Of a stretch of 64,000 bases of DNA, positions 25,079 through 39,318 are shown one piece after another. Source of the DNA: Eledone cirrhosa (taxonomy: Eukaryota); the NCBI GenBank assembly GCA_964016885.1, contig OZ024750.1, forward strand, positions 16,554,001 through 16,618,000, in the 5' to 3' direction. A model generated the notes under the pieces. That model saw nothing but the letters and a program-made list of their open reading frames with translations, ran no database searches and had not been told where the DNA came from. Position 1 is the first letter of the stretch. The number at the start of each line of letters is the position of its first letter. A program made the position numbers and the translations under genes.

Positions 25079-27694
25079 TATATATATATATATATACATA
25101 TATACATACATACATATATATATATAAAGTTGTAGTAACAATTACAAAAAAAAATGTTTCACCCAACCACAGCCCATGTTTCCTCTGTCCTCCGTCCTCT
25201 CTCACCACCTCTTCCCTCTCTTCTCCCTCTCCCTTCTCTCTCCTTTCTCTTCTCTTTCTCACACTTCCTCAGTCTCTGTCCACTCTCTTTCTTTGCTTCT
25301 TCCACCACTCTATCCTCCTCTCCTTCTCTCACCACTCTACCCCCCTTTCTTTCTCTTTCTCCCCTTCTCTCCCCACTCTACCCCCCTTTCTTTCTCTTTC
25401 TCCCCTTCTCTCCCCACTCTATCCCCCTCTCTTTCTCTTTCTTTCCTTCTATCACCACAATCCCCCTCTCTTTCTCACCACAATCTCCTTCTCTCTCATC
25501 ACCTTCTCTCTTATCACAATCCCCCTCTCTTTCTTTTTCTCCCCTTCTTTCACCACTCTACCCCCATCTCTCTCTCCCCTTCTATCACCACTCTATCCCC
25601 CTCCTCCTCCTCTCTCCTTTGAAACTGGTTGCCTTTTAAGTAAATGGAATGCCTGTGAAAGGTGCCAACTCAAATTGAACCTGTATTGTATTGTTTGCTG
25701 TCGGTATCTTGTTTCATAACGATATTAACAACACTGTACTAACAATTCCATTGGCTACACACATTCTCTTAGTGTATCTCTCCTCAAAGAGAATGGCAGT
25801 TCTGTGATGTTGAATATTGAACAGTCCATTAATGATGCTTCCGGAACCCGTTCCTTCCCTTCCTCTACCCCACCCCCACCCCCTATAAAACTACAACAAC
25901 TACAATAACAATAACAGAGACCAACGATCACCCTCCCTCTCCTTCTCGCCAACAGCAACAACAACAACAACAACAACAATGATAATAAAATGACAACAAC
26001 AGCAAAGAACAACTCCTTCCATTGACAAAATTACAACAACAACTCACCACCTCCACCACCACCACCACTGATGAAACTACAACAACAACATAACCATTCC
26101 CCACCGTCACCATCATCACTAATAAAACTACAACAACAACAACAATAACAAGCATCCCCACTCCATGTAACTAAAATAATATTAACCTAAAAAGTAAAAA
26201 AAATACAAAAGAAAAATAGGGTGACTGAATATACAGTAATGGTTGGTGGGGTGGGTACCTAGGGTGGAATGGATGGGGGTGGTGGGGGTGATAGTAATTG
26301 TAAATAAGGAGGAAGTAGCAGGGGTAGGGGAATAAGAATTGTTGTGGCTTGTGGGGTGGAGTAGATGGGGGTTGGAGTGCATGTGGTTGGGGGGTTAGGG
26401 TGGAATATACAGGAATGATTGGTTGGAATGGTATCTGGGCTGGGGTTGGTGAAATGGAGGGTGGGAGGAGGTTGGTGGAATACTTTAAAAGGTAAGAAAG
26501 AATTGTGGCCAGTGAGAGGTGAGGGGGTGGCACTAGTGGGGGTGGTAATAAAAAAGGGAAGAGTGGGAGATGTTTTGAATAAGGTAGGACTATACAGGGA
26601 TGATGGGCTGGGTGGGTGTTTCAGGTGGAATTGGATATGTATGTGTGTGGGGGGGGGATAGCTGGTATAGAATGGGGGTGGTAATAAAAAGGTGTGTGTG
26701 CGGGGATAGCTGGTATAGAATGGGGTGGTAATAAAAAGGGAAGTGGGAGATGTTTTGAGTAAGATAGGACTATACAGGAATGATGGGCTGGGTGGGTGTT
26801 TCGGGTAGAATGGATGTGTGTATAGGGTGGGAGGGATTGTGGCCATGGACATTGACACTACATGGTTTTCTCCCTCCTCCACCTCCTCCTGGTACCATTT
26901 CTCTGTAAGTCTCCAGCACATTCTCTAGAATTCACAACTCTCACTGTCTATTGTACTGCTTTACAATGTTTTTAGCATATTTTATCGATTGACGAATATG
27001 ACGGGTAGGTGGCTGGGAGTGATGTAGTGGTGATGGTGGGGGATGGTAATGTTGTTGTGATGGTGGTGGTGGTGGTGGTGGTGTACTGATAGGGGGGTCT
27101 GGTGGAGATGGTGGGGATGGTAATGTAGTAGTGATGGTGGTGGTGTAGTGATATGGGGTGTGGTATGGTGGTGGTAATGGTGGTGGTGGTGATATTTGTG
27201 CAGTGGTACTATGTGAATAATGGTGGAGATTGTGATGTAGTAGTGAAGGGTGGTGGTGAAGTGATAGGGTGTGTGGTGATGGTGGTATGGATAGTGGTAT
27301 GGGTAGTGGTGTAGTGATGAGGGTTATAATGGTGGTGGTATGTGAATAATAGAAGAGATGTGATGTAGGTGGTGGTGGTGGTATTGATATGTATATAGTA
27401 GTGGTGGAGATACGTGTGCAGTAGTGGCGGTGGTGGTGGTGGTGTTGCTGGAAATATGTGGGTGATGGTGGGGGCTGTTGATGTGGTGGTGGTGGTGGTG
27501 GTGTTGGAGGAAGGAAACACAATTTTGATGGCAAAAGAATGTAAAACATGAGCGGAGGTGGTGAGAGCAGACCTCAGATCGCTAAAACTCACCGAGGAGA
27601 TGACGAAGGACCGTGACATGTGGAGAGATGCTGTGCTGAATAGGACCCGTCCCACCCTTGCAAGCAGGGAAAAGCGGACATAAAATGATGATGA

Positions 27695-27732
<38 letters not shown>

Positions 27733-27860
27733 AGAGGGACCTGCGAGCGACAAACAGACAATGGCGGGACGCTGTGCAACTGGCTGGTGACCGAACGCGG
27801 TGGAACACTATGATTGCCTCATGCGTCGCAAGATGCGGGAGCTTCTGAGTCTGAGTCTGA
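27733..27860 (+). mobile_element. 3' end of a second RTE family with a (GAGTCT)n tail
   Basis: ERDLRATNRQWRDAVQLAGDRTRWNTMIA...; CpG-rich; lies within (TA)n. Confidence 0.7.
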
Positions 27861-27884
27861 TATATATATATATATGCACACATA

Positions 27885-27986
27885 CAGGATGTCCCCCAAC
27901 AAATGTTTACACACTTCAACACCATTCTAATAAATATTGCCTATACAGGTAATCAAAGTGTGTATACAATATTTTGGGAAACCCTG
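27885..27986. mobile_element. Tc1/mariner MITE (related copy at 37003-37078)
   Basis: TA-flanked imperfect TIRs CAGGATGTCCC..AAATGTTTACACACT / AGTGTGTATACA..TTTTGGGAAACCCTG. Confidence 0.7.
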
Positions 27987-28482
27987 TATATATATATATA
28001 TTGATGATAGTGATGTTGGTGATATGAAGTTGAGTGTGGTGGTGGTGGCGGTGGTAATATAAGTGTGGCAGTGGTGGTATAGTGGAGGTAGCAGTATTGG
28101 TGGGGGGGTACTATGAGCATGTTGGTGATGGTACTGTTAGGTAGGTGGTGGCAGTAGAGGTAACATGAAGGTAAGGTGGTGTGGATGAAATATCAGTTAA
28201 TCCTCTCATCATCATCATCATCATTATTATCATTATTATCATCTCTTCATTGGAAATTGGGATTTTCTAACAGGATCATAATCATCACCAATATATGTCT
28301 CTCTCTATATATCTGTGTGTATCTTTATACACATACGCACGTGTGCCATTATCATTTCTACACATACACACGTGTGCCATTATCATTTCTACACATACAC
28401 ACGTGTGCCATTATCATTTAACATCTATTTTCCCTGTTAGCATATATATATATTGTTATATATATATATGTATATATATATA

Positions 28483-28804
28483 TTGTTATACTTTGGGAGG
28501 GTCATGTGACCTCATCAGTGACTGCGGATTCTTTTCTTTGTTTTGTGCCTCTCTTTTGTTCTGTCCTATGCCATCTTGTTTTTGTGTGTGTTGTCACAGA
28601 ATGTGTGACGAAAGAACTTTGACAATATATGAACAACCATCCGGCTGTGGAACCAACCAACCAACCGGAAATTTATAATAAATTGAAGTGAAAGCAACTG
28701 GTGCGTGTGTTTCTTATTGGCAACATGACCCTCCCAAAGTATAACTATATCGGTTTCAACACACGTTTTCAGATAAAGAATCTTGCTAAGAAAATTCAGA
28801 AACG

Positions 28805-28805
<1 letters not shown>
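28483..28805. mobile_element. Short interspersed repeat with a split hammerhead
   Basis: Shares TACTTTGGGAGGGTCATGTTGCCAAT... with 23772-23840 and 56480-56745. Confidence 0.65.
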
Positions 28806-28841
<36 letters not shown>

Positions 28842-29358
28842 TATGTATGTAAAAGGTAAACAACACAAAATAACAACACAATCGGTACAGTATATGGAAG
28901 GGATATATTAGTTTAACGCTTGATATAGCAGGAAGAGGGTCTTAACGTTTCGGACGTTAGTCCTTCATTATAAGAAAGAATGAGAAGTAAGATAGATTGA
29001 GCGGACGGGCAGAATGGAATCTTTATATATGTATATCCAAAATTAAATTAAGGGTGTCATGTCCGAGAGACATGCGCCATATATATATCTATATACATAT
29101 ATATCATCATCACCGTTTTATGTCCGTTCTTCTACGCTAGCATGGGTTAGACGGGAGTTGTCCCACTTGAGGCAAGGTTGGTCGGGTGACCGTGTCTCGC
29201 TCATATATGACTATCTGGCAGGTTTTCTACGGCTGGATGCCCTTCCTTACACCAACCACATTTACAGTGTGGAACTGGGAACTTTTTACCGTGTTACCTA
29301 CACGGCCACATTACAGCGTGGACTGTGTGTTTTTTCTCATGACACCTACACGATCTCG

Positions 29359-29393
<35 letters not shown>

Positions 29394-29786
29394 TACACGC
29401 ATATATATATAGAAAACAAAGTGAGGTTTCACTTTAAGATCTTAATGTGAAACCTTGCTCTGTTTTCACTATATACACTCTACCCTGGCATTGAGTGCTG
29501 ATTTTAGTACCTGCCTTAGTAAACCATGAATCTACTAAACCACCTCACTTTATATATATATGTGTGTGTGTGTAAGAATGTTGACTATTGTGTTTGTGTG
29601 GTTGTAGGGATATTGACTATTGCATGTTTGTGTGTATAAGAATGTTGATGTGTGTGTGTGTGCGTGTAATATTTTACATAGTGAGTGATATTCAGGAGTT
29701 TATTATACGATATCTTTAAAAATCCCCAATTTCTATGAAAACCCTAAATTTCTGTAAAAACCATAAATTTCTGTGCACCATTTCAG

Positions 29787-29901
29787 GATGTTGATCTGAG
29801 GGTAAAATGGCCCAATGATCTCTACTATGGTAAAAAGACCAAACTAGGTGGCGTTATTGTAAATAGTTCCATAGCAACCCATTCTATTGATGCAATTATA
29901 G
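29787..29901 (+). CDS. HLCS: HLCS coding exon 9 (catalytic KWPND / KxGG motifs); gene continues beyond this exon
   Basis: TTTCAG|GAT...ATAG|GTAAGA; 115 nt, phase 0-1; DVDLRVKWPNDLYYGKKTKLGGVIVNS. Not in the ORF track. Confidence 0.97.
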
Positions 29902-30876
29902 GTAAGACAACTCCTCTTCTCTTTTTATCTATGTATCTTTATCTTTCTTTTATTATATTTTTGCTTTTTTTGTTACTAGTTTTGTTTTTCAGCTGTTTTA
30001 CATGGAGTAGAGAAGACTCTTTAGTCATGCAGGTGAAAAGACAGACTCTCCATTGTTGGTGATGTAATAAAACACACCCAGTGCACTCTGTAATATGATT
30101 GGTGTTTGAATAGTAACAGGCTGGTGGTGGTGATAGAGGTAACATGAGGGTGAAGTTGGGTGGATGAAAATATCAGTTAGTCCTATCATCATCATTATCA
30201 TCATCATCATCATCATCATCATCTTCATCTCTCCTTTGGAAATTAGGATTTTCTAACAGGATCATAATCATCATCATCATTATCAATATATCTGTGTGGA
30301 TGTGATTATGTATATATAAATATATAAATATATTTGTTAAAATAAAAGATTAAAGTTTAAGCAAAGAATTGCTGCTTTCACCCTTAACAGAAGATCCCGT
30401 TAAGGTTGAAAGCAGCGATTCTTTGCTTAAACATTAATCTGTTATTTTAATAGATATTTGCTCTACGGTTCTTATATATTTGATATATATTTATCCTTAT
30501 CGAGCTCTCTTTGGATTTTAGTCTTCAAATTTATTATTATTACTATATATATATATATATATATATAATCAAAAGGTTGTGAGTTCAATTCTCAGACTGG
30601 GCGATGTGTTGTTTCCTTGAGCAAGACACTTTATTTCACATTGCTCCAGTTTACTCAGCTGTAGAAATGAGATGATAGGGACTGGGGTCCCTATCATTCC
30701 ACTGTAAAGTGGACGTGGAGGTGCCACGGCAAAAAAGCACCCAGCACTCACTGTAAATGAGGTTGGTGTTAGGAAGGGCATCCAGCTGTAGAAATCAACC
30801 CAGAATCAGTTCCCGTCCCACCCTTGCAAGCAGGGAAAAGTGGATGTAAAATGAAATGAAATGAATGAATATACAC

Positions 30877-30915
<39 letters not shown>

Positions 30916-32154
30916 CATGAATACACACACATTTAGCGGTGTCACCCAGTTCCAGGCTACCAGACTGTGGTTCCACTGTGAGACCAGTTTGGTGCAGCTA
31001 ACTTGCCTGTTCCTCCTCATAATGGTGCCACCCAGTACCAGGTTCCAAAACTATGATTCTGCTGTGAGATAGGTTCGGTGTGGGGCCAACTAGCCTGTCC
31101 CACCTCATAACGGTACTATCCAATTCCATACTGTAAATGTGGTTGGTGTTAGGGAGGGCTGTAATACCCCCAGCCACAACAACAACAACAACAGCCCCCA
31201 ATACCAACCACACTAACAACCACCCCAACAACAACAGCCCCCAATACCAACCACACTAACAACAACAACAACAGCCCCCAATACCAACCACACTAACAAC
31301 CACCCCAACAACAACAACAGCCCCCAATACCAACCACACTAACAACCACCCCAACAACAACAACAGCCCCCAATACCAACCACCCCAACAACAACAACAG
31401 CCCCCAATACCAACCACACTAACAACCACCCCAACAACAACAACAACAACAACAGTTCTATCACTTTATTTTCCATAAAACTAGAAAGGGGTATGATTAA
31501 AAACAAGATATTTCATTGTTTTTTTTTTCCTGCCTTTGTTGTTACTGTTAATGTTATTACTGCTGTTGTTGTTGTTGTTGGTGCTGTTATAGTTTTTATT
31601 ACTGTTGTTGTTGTTACTGTTGTTGTTGTTACTGTTACTGTTGTTATTACTGTTGTTGCTGTTAACATTATTGTTGTTGTTATTACTGTTGTTGTTGTTG
31701 TTGTTACTGTTGTTATGCTGGTGCTGTTACTGCTGTGGTTATTACTGCAACTTTTGATGTTATTACTGTTTTTGTTGTTACTGTTGTTGTTGTTACTGTT
31801 GTTGTTGTTGCTACTGTTGTTGTTGTTACTGTTGTTGTTATAGCTGGTGCTGTTACTGCTGTGGTTATTACTGCAACTTTTGATGTTATTACTGTTGTTG
31901 TTGTTATTTTTGCTGCTGTTGTTTCCATCATTGTTGTTATATTACACACCATGATAAATACCACTTGATACTCTCCTCCTCACTCCCCCCATCCTCATCA
32001 CCCTGCCCCCATCCCCCCTCCTCAGTTGACAAACAACCTAGCCAGGATAAACAAGCTTTTCTTTTTAACACCTGATGCAAACAACAGAGTCTTGTTGTCC
32101 TTTAACTTGATTCTTAACCCTTTCCACTTCAGACATTGGCTGGCATTTTTTCTC

Positions 32155-34575
32155 ACCTACACACCTAGCCACATACATATATACACATCTAACCACATAC
32201 ATATATACACATCTAACCACATACATATATACACCTAGCCACATACATATATACACATCTAACCACATACATATATACACACCTAGCCACATACATATAT
32301 ACACATCTAACCACATACATATATACACCTAGCCACATACAAATATACACACCTAACCACATACACATATATACCTAGCCACATACATATATACACACCT
32401 AGCCACATACAAATATACACCTAGCCACATACATATATACACACCTAGCCACATACATATATACACACCTAACCACATACATATATACACACCTAACCAC
32501 ATACATATATACACATCTAACCACATACATATATACACCTAGCCACATACAAATATACACACCTAACCACATACACATATATACCTAGCCACATACATAT
32601 ATACACACCTAGCCACATACAAATATACACCTAGCCACATACATATATACACACCTAGCCACATACATATATACACACCTAACCACATACATATATACAC
32701 ACCTAACCACATACATATATACACATCTAACCACATACATATATACACATCTAACCACATACATATATACACATCTAACCACATACATATATACACCTAG
32801 CCATATACAAATATACACACCTAACCACATACACATATATACCTAGCCACATACATATATACACACCTAGCCACATACAAATATACACCTAGCCACATAC
32901 ATATATACACACCTAGCCACATACATATATACACGCCTAGCCACATACATATATATACACCTAGCCGCATACATATATACACACCTAACCACATACATAT
33001 ATACACACCTAACCACATACATATATACACACCTAGCCACATACATATATACACATCTAGCCACATACATATATACATACCTAATACATACATACATACA
33101 CACTTAACCAACATACATACACATCCACCTACACCCCAAAGCACATATAGATACACCCACCTATTACATACACATCTAACCAACATACAGACACACCTAC
33201 TTACATACAGAAACACAAACTTACATACAGACACACACTTAACCACATACAGACACACCCAACCACATACAGATACACACATCTACTTACCTACATACAC
33301 ACTTAACCACATACAGACACACCTACTTACATACATACAGATACACCCATCTACTTACATAGATACACACCTAACCATATTCCAACACACCCACCTGCCT
33401 ACACACACACCTAACTATATTCCAACACACACACCTGTCTACACACACACCTAACTATATTCCAACACACACACCTGTCTACACACACCTAACTATATTC
33501 CAACACACCCACCTACCTACACACACACCTAACTATATTCCAACATACACACCTGTCTACACACACACACCTAACTATATTCCAACACACCCACCTACCT
33601 ACACACACACCTAACTATATTCCAACACACACACCTGTCTACTTACACACACACCTAACTATATTCCAACACACACACACCTGTCTACTTACACACACAC
33701 ACCTAACTATATTCCAACACACCCACCTACCTACACACACACCTAACTATATTCCAACACACACACCTGTCTACTTACACACACACCTAACTATATTCCA
33801 ACACACACACACCTGTCTACTTACACACACACACCTAACTATATTACAACACACACACCTGTCTACATACACACCTGTCTACACACACACCTAACTATAT
33901 TCCAACACACACACCTGTCTACACACACACACACCTGTCTACACACACACCTGTCTACACACACACACCTGTCTACACACACACCTGTCTACACACACAC
34001 CTGTCTACACACACACCTGTCTACACACACACACCTGTCTACACACACACCTGTCTACACACACACACCTGTCTACACACACACCTGTCTACACACACAC
34101 CTGTCTACACACACACCTGTCTACACACACACCTGTCTACACACAAACACCTGTCTACACACACACCTGTCTACACACACACCTGTCTACACACACACCT
34201 GTCTACACACACACCTGTCTACACACACACCTGTCTACACACACACACCTGTCTACACACACACCTGTCTACACACACACCTGTCTACACACATACCTGT
34301 CTACACACACACACCTGTCTACACACACACCTAACTATATTCCAACACACACACCTGTCTACACACACACCTGTCTACACACACACCTGTCTACACACAC
34401 ACCTAACTATATTCCAACACACACACCTGTCTACACACACACCTGTCTACACACACACCTGTCTACACACACACCTGTCTACACACACACCTGTCTACAC
34501 ACACACCTGTCTACACACACACCTGTCTACACACACACCTGTCTACACACACACCTGTCTACACACACACCTAGC
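32155..34575. repeat. Compound CA-rich minisatellite array
   Basis: ~26-bp CACCTAGCCACATACATATATACA units (32155-33070), then CCTAACTATATTCCAACAC and ~18-bp CACACCTGTCTA units (33370-34575). Confidence 0.95.
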
Positions 34576-34950
34576 CACTGGAAGAGACACACATGACAAT
34601 TGCTCAAGGTAGGCATCTACCTTAAAGTTGAGATATTTAGCAGCTAAAACTGACATTAAATGATAATAATAATTGTTTCTACATTTGGCACAAGGCCAGC
34701 AATTACCCCAGTGCATTACTGGTACTTTATTTTATTGACCCAGTAAGGATGAAAGGCAAAGTTAACCTCGGCAGATTTTGAACTCGGGCCGTAAAGGACT
34801 GTAACTCTGGCCCATACTAGAAATCATTATTATTGTCTGAGTTCAAATCCCGCTGAGGTTAACTTTGCCTTTCATCCTTACGGGGTCGATAAAAGAAAGT
34901 ACCAGTAATACACTGGGATAATTGCTGGCCTTGTGCCAAAAGTAGAAACA

Positions 34951-34982
<32 letters not shown>

Positions 34983-35569
34983 GTTTTCATTTATTTTGCT
35001 TTATGTTCATACGAGTTATCACCAAGTCACAAACAGTGACCTCAAGAGACAACAAGGTCGGCCATGTTCAAGAAAGAAACACATACACACATACACACAC
35101 ATGTATCTTTAGGTGTTTACACTTGTGATGTATTTATATTGACAGAATCTTCCTTAGTATATGGGCAGTTCCCATTAGTACTATCTTTTGTATTTCTTCT
35201 CTGCATGGGTTTCCTGGAATTTAGGATAAGTAATCATTAGACCCTTTAGGTATCATTCCTGGAATGCCTACCACCACTGGTATTATGAAGGAGACCGACC
35301 ACAGTGTAACACTAAATGTACAATACCACATACTAAACTGGGTCCATGTAATGATTGAGTGTTCAAACTGGTGAAACAATAGTAACATAAGGTTACAAAC
35401 CATTAATCAATATGTGTGTGTGTGTGTGTGTTTAGAGCTGTATCTATGTGTCGTAACTTAGTGTTTAAAAGGAAAATCAATGAAATAAACTACAGTCGAT
35501 ATTGTTAACTATATCAAAGTGATGCCCTAGCATGGCCATGCTCTAATCACTGAAACCAGTAAAAGGAAT

Positions 35570-35613
<44 letters not shown>

Positions 35614-36046
35614 TCATCATCATTATCATCATCATATATATATATATATATATTGTGTGTGTGTGTGTGTGTGTGCATATCTTCCTCTCAGTGAAAATAA
35701 AAGGTCATTGCATTCTGTTTTATACAATGGCAGAACCCATTGCAAAGGTCACTGCCTTTATTTGGCTAATGTGGATGGGTTTTGGGAGAAAGAGGAGGTC
35801 CAAGAAAATAGAAATACAAACATAAAATAAAATATAAAAACATGAGGTACTTTTTCTTATTTTCTTTGTTTCACCTTTGTTTTGTTTTCTTTCATGTTTA
35901 CTTCATCAGCTTTTTGGTCTTTCTCTGGTCCTTCTCTTTCTTCCTCTTTCCTTGATGTTCTTTGATATTCTGTCTTTTGGTTTTGTTTCATCTTTGATGT
36001 TTTCAGGTTTTCTGTACATTAACTTTTTATCCAGTGACTTTGCTTT

Positions 36047-36096
<50 letters not shown>

Positions 36097-36863
36097 AACA
36101 CTTTCTATTTTTGACAATCCCCCTACACACATTTGGATTCCATTAGTTTGTAGGTTTCCATTACAATTTTATTGGATCTATCACCACTACCAGAATTTGG
36201 AAGGATTTAGAAATATTAAGCTTTACATAAATTATGATGGAATATTTTTAGATAAATATAAACACTTTTGTATCATAGAACCAGGGGTGGGTTTAGATAG
36301 TTTGGTATGAAATGGATTAACCCTTTAAAGTCAAGTTATATGACTATAAGCCTTCTAACTTTTGATGATTTTAAAAATTATTTGAAGATCAGAAACAGTG
36401 TATTTTATTAGAAATATGGTAATGATAAGATTAATGTAAACATAAGTCTAGAATTAGAGAAATCCAACATAGGTCTGTGTCAGCAACAAGAAGTATTCTA
36501 AAAGAAATGTAGTAGTATTTAGAAATATAATCATTGTGAGGAAAGGAAAGGAAAAATATTGATGTTTTGGTCTATTGCTCTTTATTGGAGAAGAGAAGCA
36601 GTGAGTGCAGTATGCTGTTATCTAGGATGAAGAAAGCCAGAAGAGAGTTCCATATATAGAAATAGAGACTCCCAAGTAACAGAAATCTCTCTCTGTCACA
36701 TACCACCTTTGTATCTAAACAAGTAACATGCACATACACACACACACATGTATATATACACATGTACATGTATGTGTGTGTGTAAGTGTGATAATGTTAT
36801 AATGGTAACACCATGTTCATTTTCCCTCCCAGCATAAAAAAAACTGTCCAGCCGTCACTGTAT

Positions 36864-36945
<82 letters not shown>

Positions 36946-37078
36946 TGATGATGATATTGATATAAATATATATATAAACACATGTTTGAGTATGTATATA
37001 TAAAGGGTGTTCCAAAAATGTATACACATTGTGAATAGATTGCTGTTGAAGTGTGTATACATTTTTGGGGACACCCTT

Positions 37079-37126
<48 letters not shown>

Positions 37127-37382
37127 AATGGAGTTGTGTATGTGCTTGTAAGAGATTTTGACTGCAATGTAAATGCGTTGGCTGTAATATGCAGTAGCAT
37201 GCATGACTTGCATGTAAATGCACAAATGATGGCATGAATGGTGGAAGTGTGGTGGTGTGAGGGGGTGGGTAGGTGTTAAGTTGTAAGTAGAGGGTGAAAT
37301 AAAATGGAGTTGAGAGAGTGAGAGAGTGTAAAATTGCTTATATGTATATATGTAATGTAGGTTGGGAGAGTGGGTGTAGAAT

Positions 37383-37429
<47 letters not shown>

Positions 37430-37696
37430 AAGTTAAATAAAAGTCAAATGATTAAAATTTAGCTTCGTTTATTACTGCTATATATATTTCAGTGACAGCC
37501 ATCTTTGGCTGTGACCTCTTCAGGCAGTTTGAATTAGTATGGTATAGACAAGTACATATATATATATGTGTATGTGTGTGTATGTATGCTTTTGTGTTTT
37601 TGTGTTTTTTCTTTCCTTCTTCCTTCTCCAGCCTCACTTTCATATAGATTGCATTTTTGTTTTTAAAATCCAAATTCAATAAACAGACCAGGATTT

Positions 37697-37756
37697 TTTC
37701 ATTCTGAGGATTGAAAGCAAAATCTTTTGCTTTTAAGAAACCACTGGTAAATGGAA
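37697..37756 (+). ncRNA. Type I hammerhead ribozyme, intact solo copy
   Basis: TTTCATT CTGAGGA TTGAAAGCAAA-ATCT-TTTGCTTTTAA GAA ACC-ACT-GGT A AATGGAA; all three helices pair; predicted cut after 37749 (GUA). Confidence 0.85.
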
Positions 37757-38172
37757 TAATTGCCTTATGTTGTTTATTACATAACTATATATATATATAT
37801 ATACTCGCCCTTTTCTTCTTCTTCTCTTTGCTCACTTATTCCTGAGAGGGTCGTATTTTTTGGACATTACATCCTATAAAGACAGACACTATGAGCAGAG
37901 AAAAGGAGAGTAAATGAAGAAATACAGAGTAACGTGGATGGTGTAAGATAAAACATATCAATTTGAAAAAAAAAAAAGACCTCCACATGACTAAAATCAT
38001 TCAAAATGAATAAAAAGTATGGGGAGAGAGGGTGTAGATAAGATTCATGTAGAAGTGTGTATATATATCGTATGTTGGAAGAGGTAGATCAGATGTGTGT
38101 TAACTATGTGAAGGCTTGGTGTATGTTTATTATATATAAACTTATTGTATATCAGTTTATGTACATCTTTGA

Positions 38173-38373
38173 CCCTTTAGCATTTAAACCGGCTGTATCC
38201 GGCCAGAATTCTCTGACCTCTTTCTATTCAAATCAGCCATAATCGGCTGCTTATACTTTAAGGTATTGTTCTCAAAATAAATATAAAAATCTCATAGCTT
38301 CGATATTATGTGAGATAAAGCCTTTACAGTGAAAATACAATAGTAAATATAGAGTAATGTAAATGCTAAAGGG
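38173..38373. mobile_element. piggyBac-like MITE (other copies 41272-41492, 55044-55241, partial 52098-52270)
   Basis: CCCTTTAGCATTTA ... TAAATGCTAAAGGG|TTAA termini with TTAA-type flanks. Confidence 0.7.
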
Positions 38374-39204
38374 TTAAACTCACAATGGTGTTTTAGGAGA
38401 ACCTATGTAATATAAGGCATGTTTTGGGAATTTAAACCTGGCAGAGTCCATCCCTCTTCAGTTTTGACCATAGCTGATTTCTTGCAAAGTTGACCTTGGC
38501 ACTTGAACTCAGATTGCAGAGAGCCAACAGAGTTAACATATCAACACCCTAATGGCTCTGCCAATTCACTTTTATATATATTATTATAAGGAATCTTTGC
38601 CCAACAGTTAAGGTTATACCATTTTGATAGGCTATCAAAACAGTAGGAGTTTTACTGTAAGGCAAAGATTCCTTAATTTAATATCTACATTCTACTTTTC
38701 CTATGTATAGAATACTAATTTGGTCTTGAGCATTGGGCTTACAATCAGGAGGTTGTGAATTTGTTTCTCAGACTGAGTGATGCATTGTGTCCTTGAGCAA
38801 GACACTTTATTTCATGTTGCTCTAGTTTACTCAGCTGATGAAATGAATTGCGATGTCACTGGTTCCAAGCTGCATCAGCCATAGCCTTTACGTTAGACAA
38901 CATCAGTGGCATGGAGAGGGGGCGACTGTTATGTATGGGTGACTGCTGGTCATCCACAAGCAACCTTGCCCAGACTTGTGCTTCAGAGGGGAACTTTCTA
39001 GGCACAAGTTGCAGAGTTGATCTACTGAGTCATCATCATTATCATCATGACAACACTAATTCTGTTATATAGAACTTCCATGATTAAGGCAATAGTATGG
39101 TTGTGGAAGATATTTTGTATGTATCTGTGCATGTGTGTGTGTGTGTGTGTGTACACTAACGAATGGTATTGTGCATGTGTGTGATATACATTAATTAATG
39201 ATGC

Positions 39205-39244
<40 letters not shown>

Positions 39245-39318
39245 GACCCTACTCTCAAGAGTGAAACTAATAAACCTTTGTTCGTACTGTCTCTCTGTTT
39301 TGTTCCCGTTCAATTTTT

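Noticed and set aside
25790-25830. miRNA-like TGGCAGT / TCACAG seed words
   Set aside because: No precursor hairpin and no full match to a mature miRNA I recognise.
22364-29797. Exons 7 and 9 share TCAG|GATGTTGATCT at their acceptors
   Set aside because: Different reading frames and no further similarity; most likely coincidence.
35249-35373. Phase-1-compatible open frame after TTTAG (GIIPGMPTTTG...)
   Set aside because: No resemblance to the expected HLCS exon 10 and a weak pyrimidine tract.
35885-35915. Minus-strand CTGATGA...GAAA
   Set aside because: Helices I and III do not pair; not a hammerhead. Likewise CTGATGA at about 38836, 41911 and 47413.
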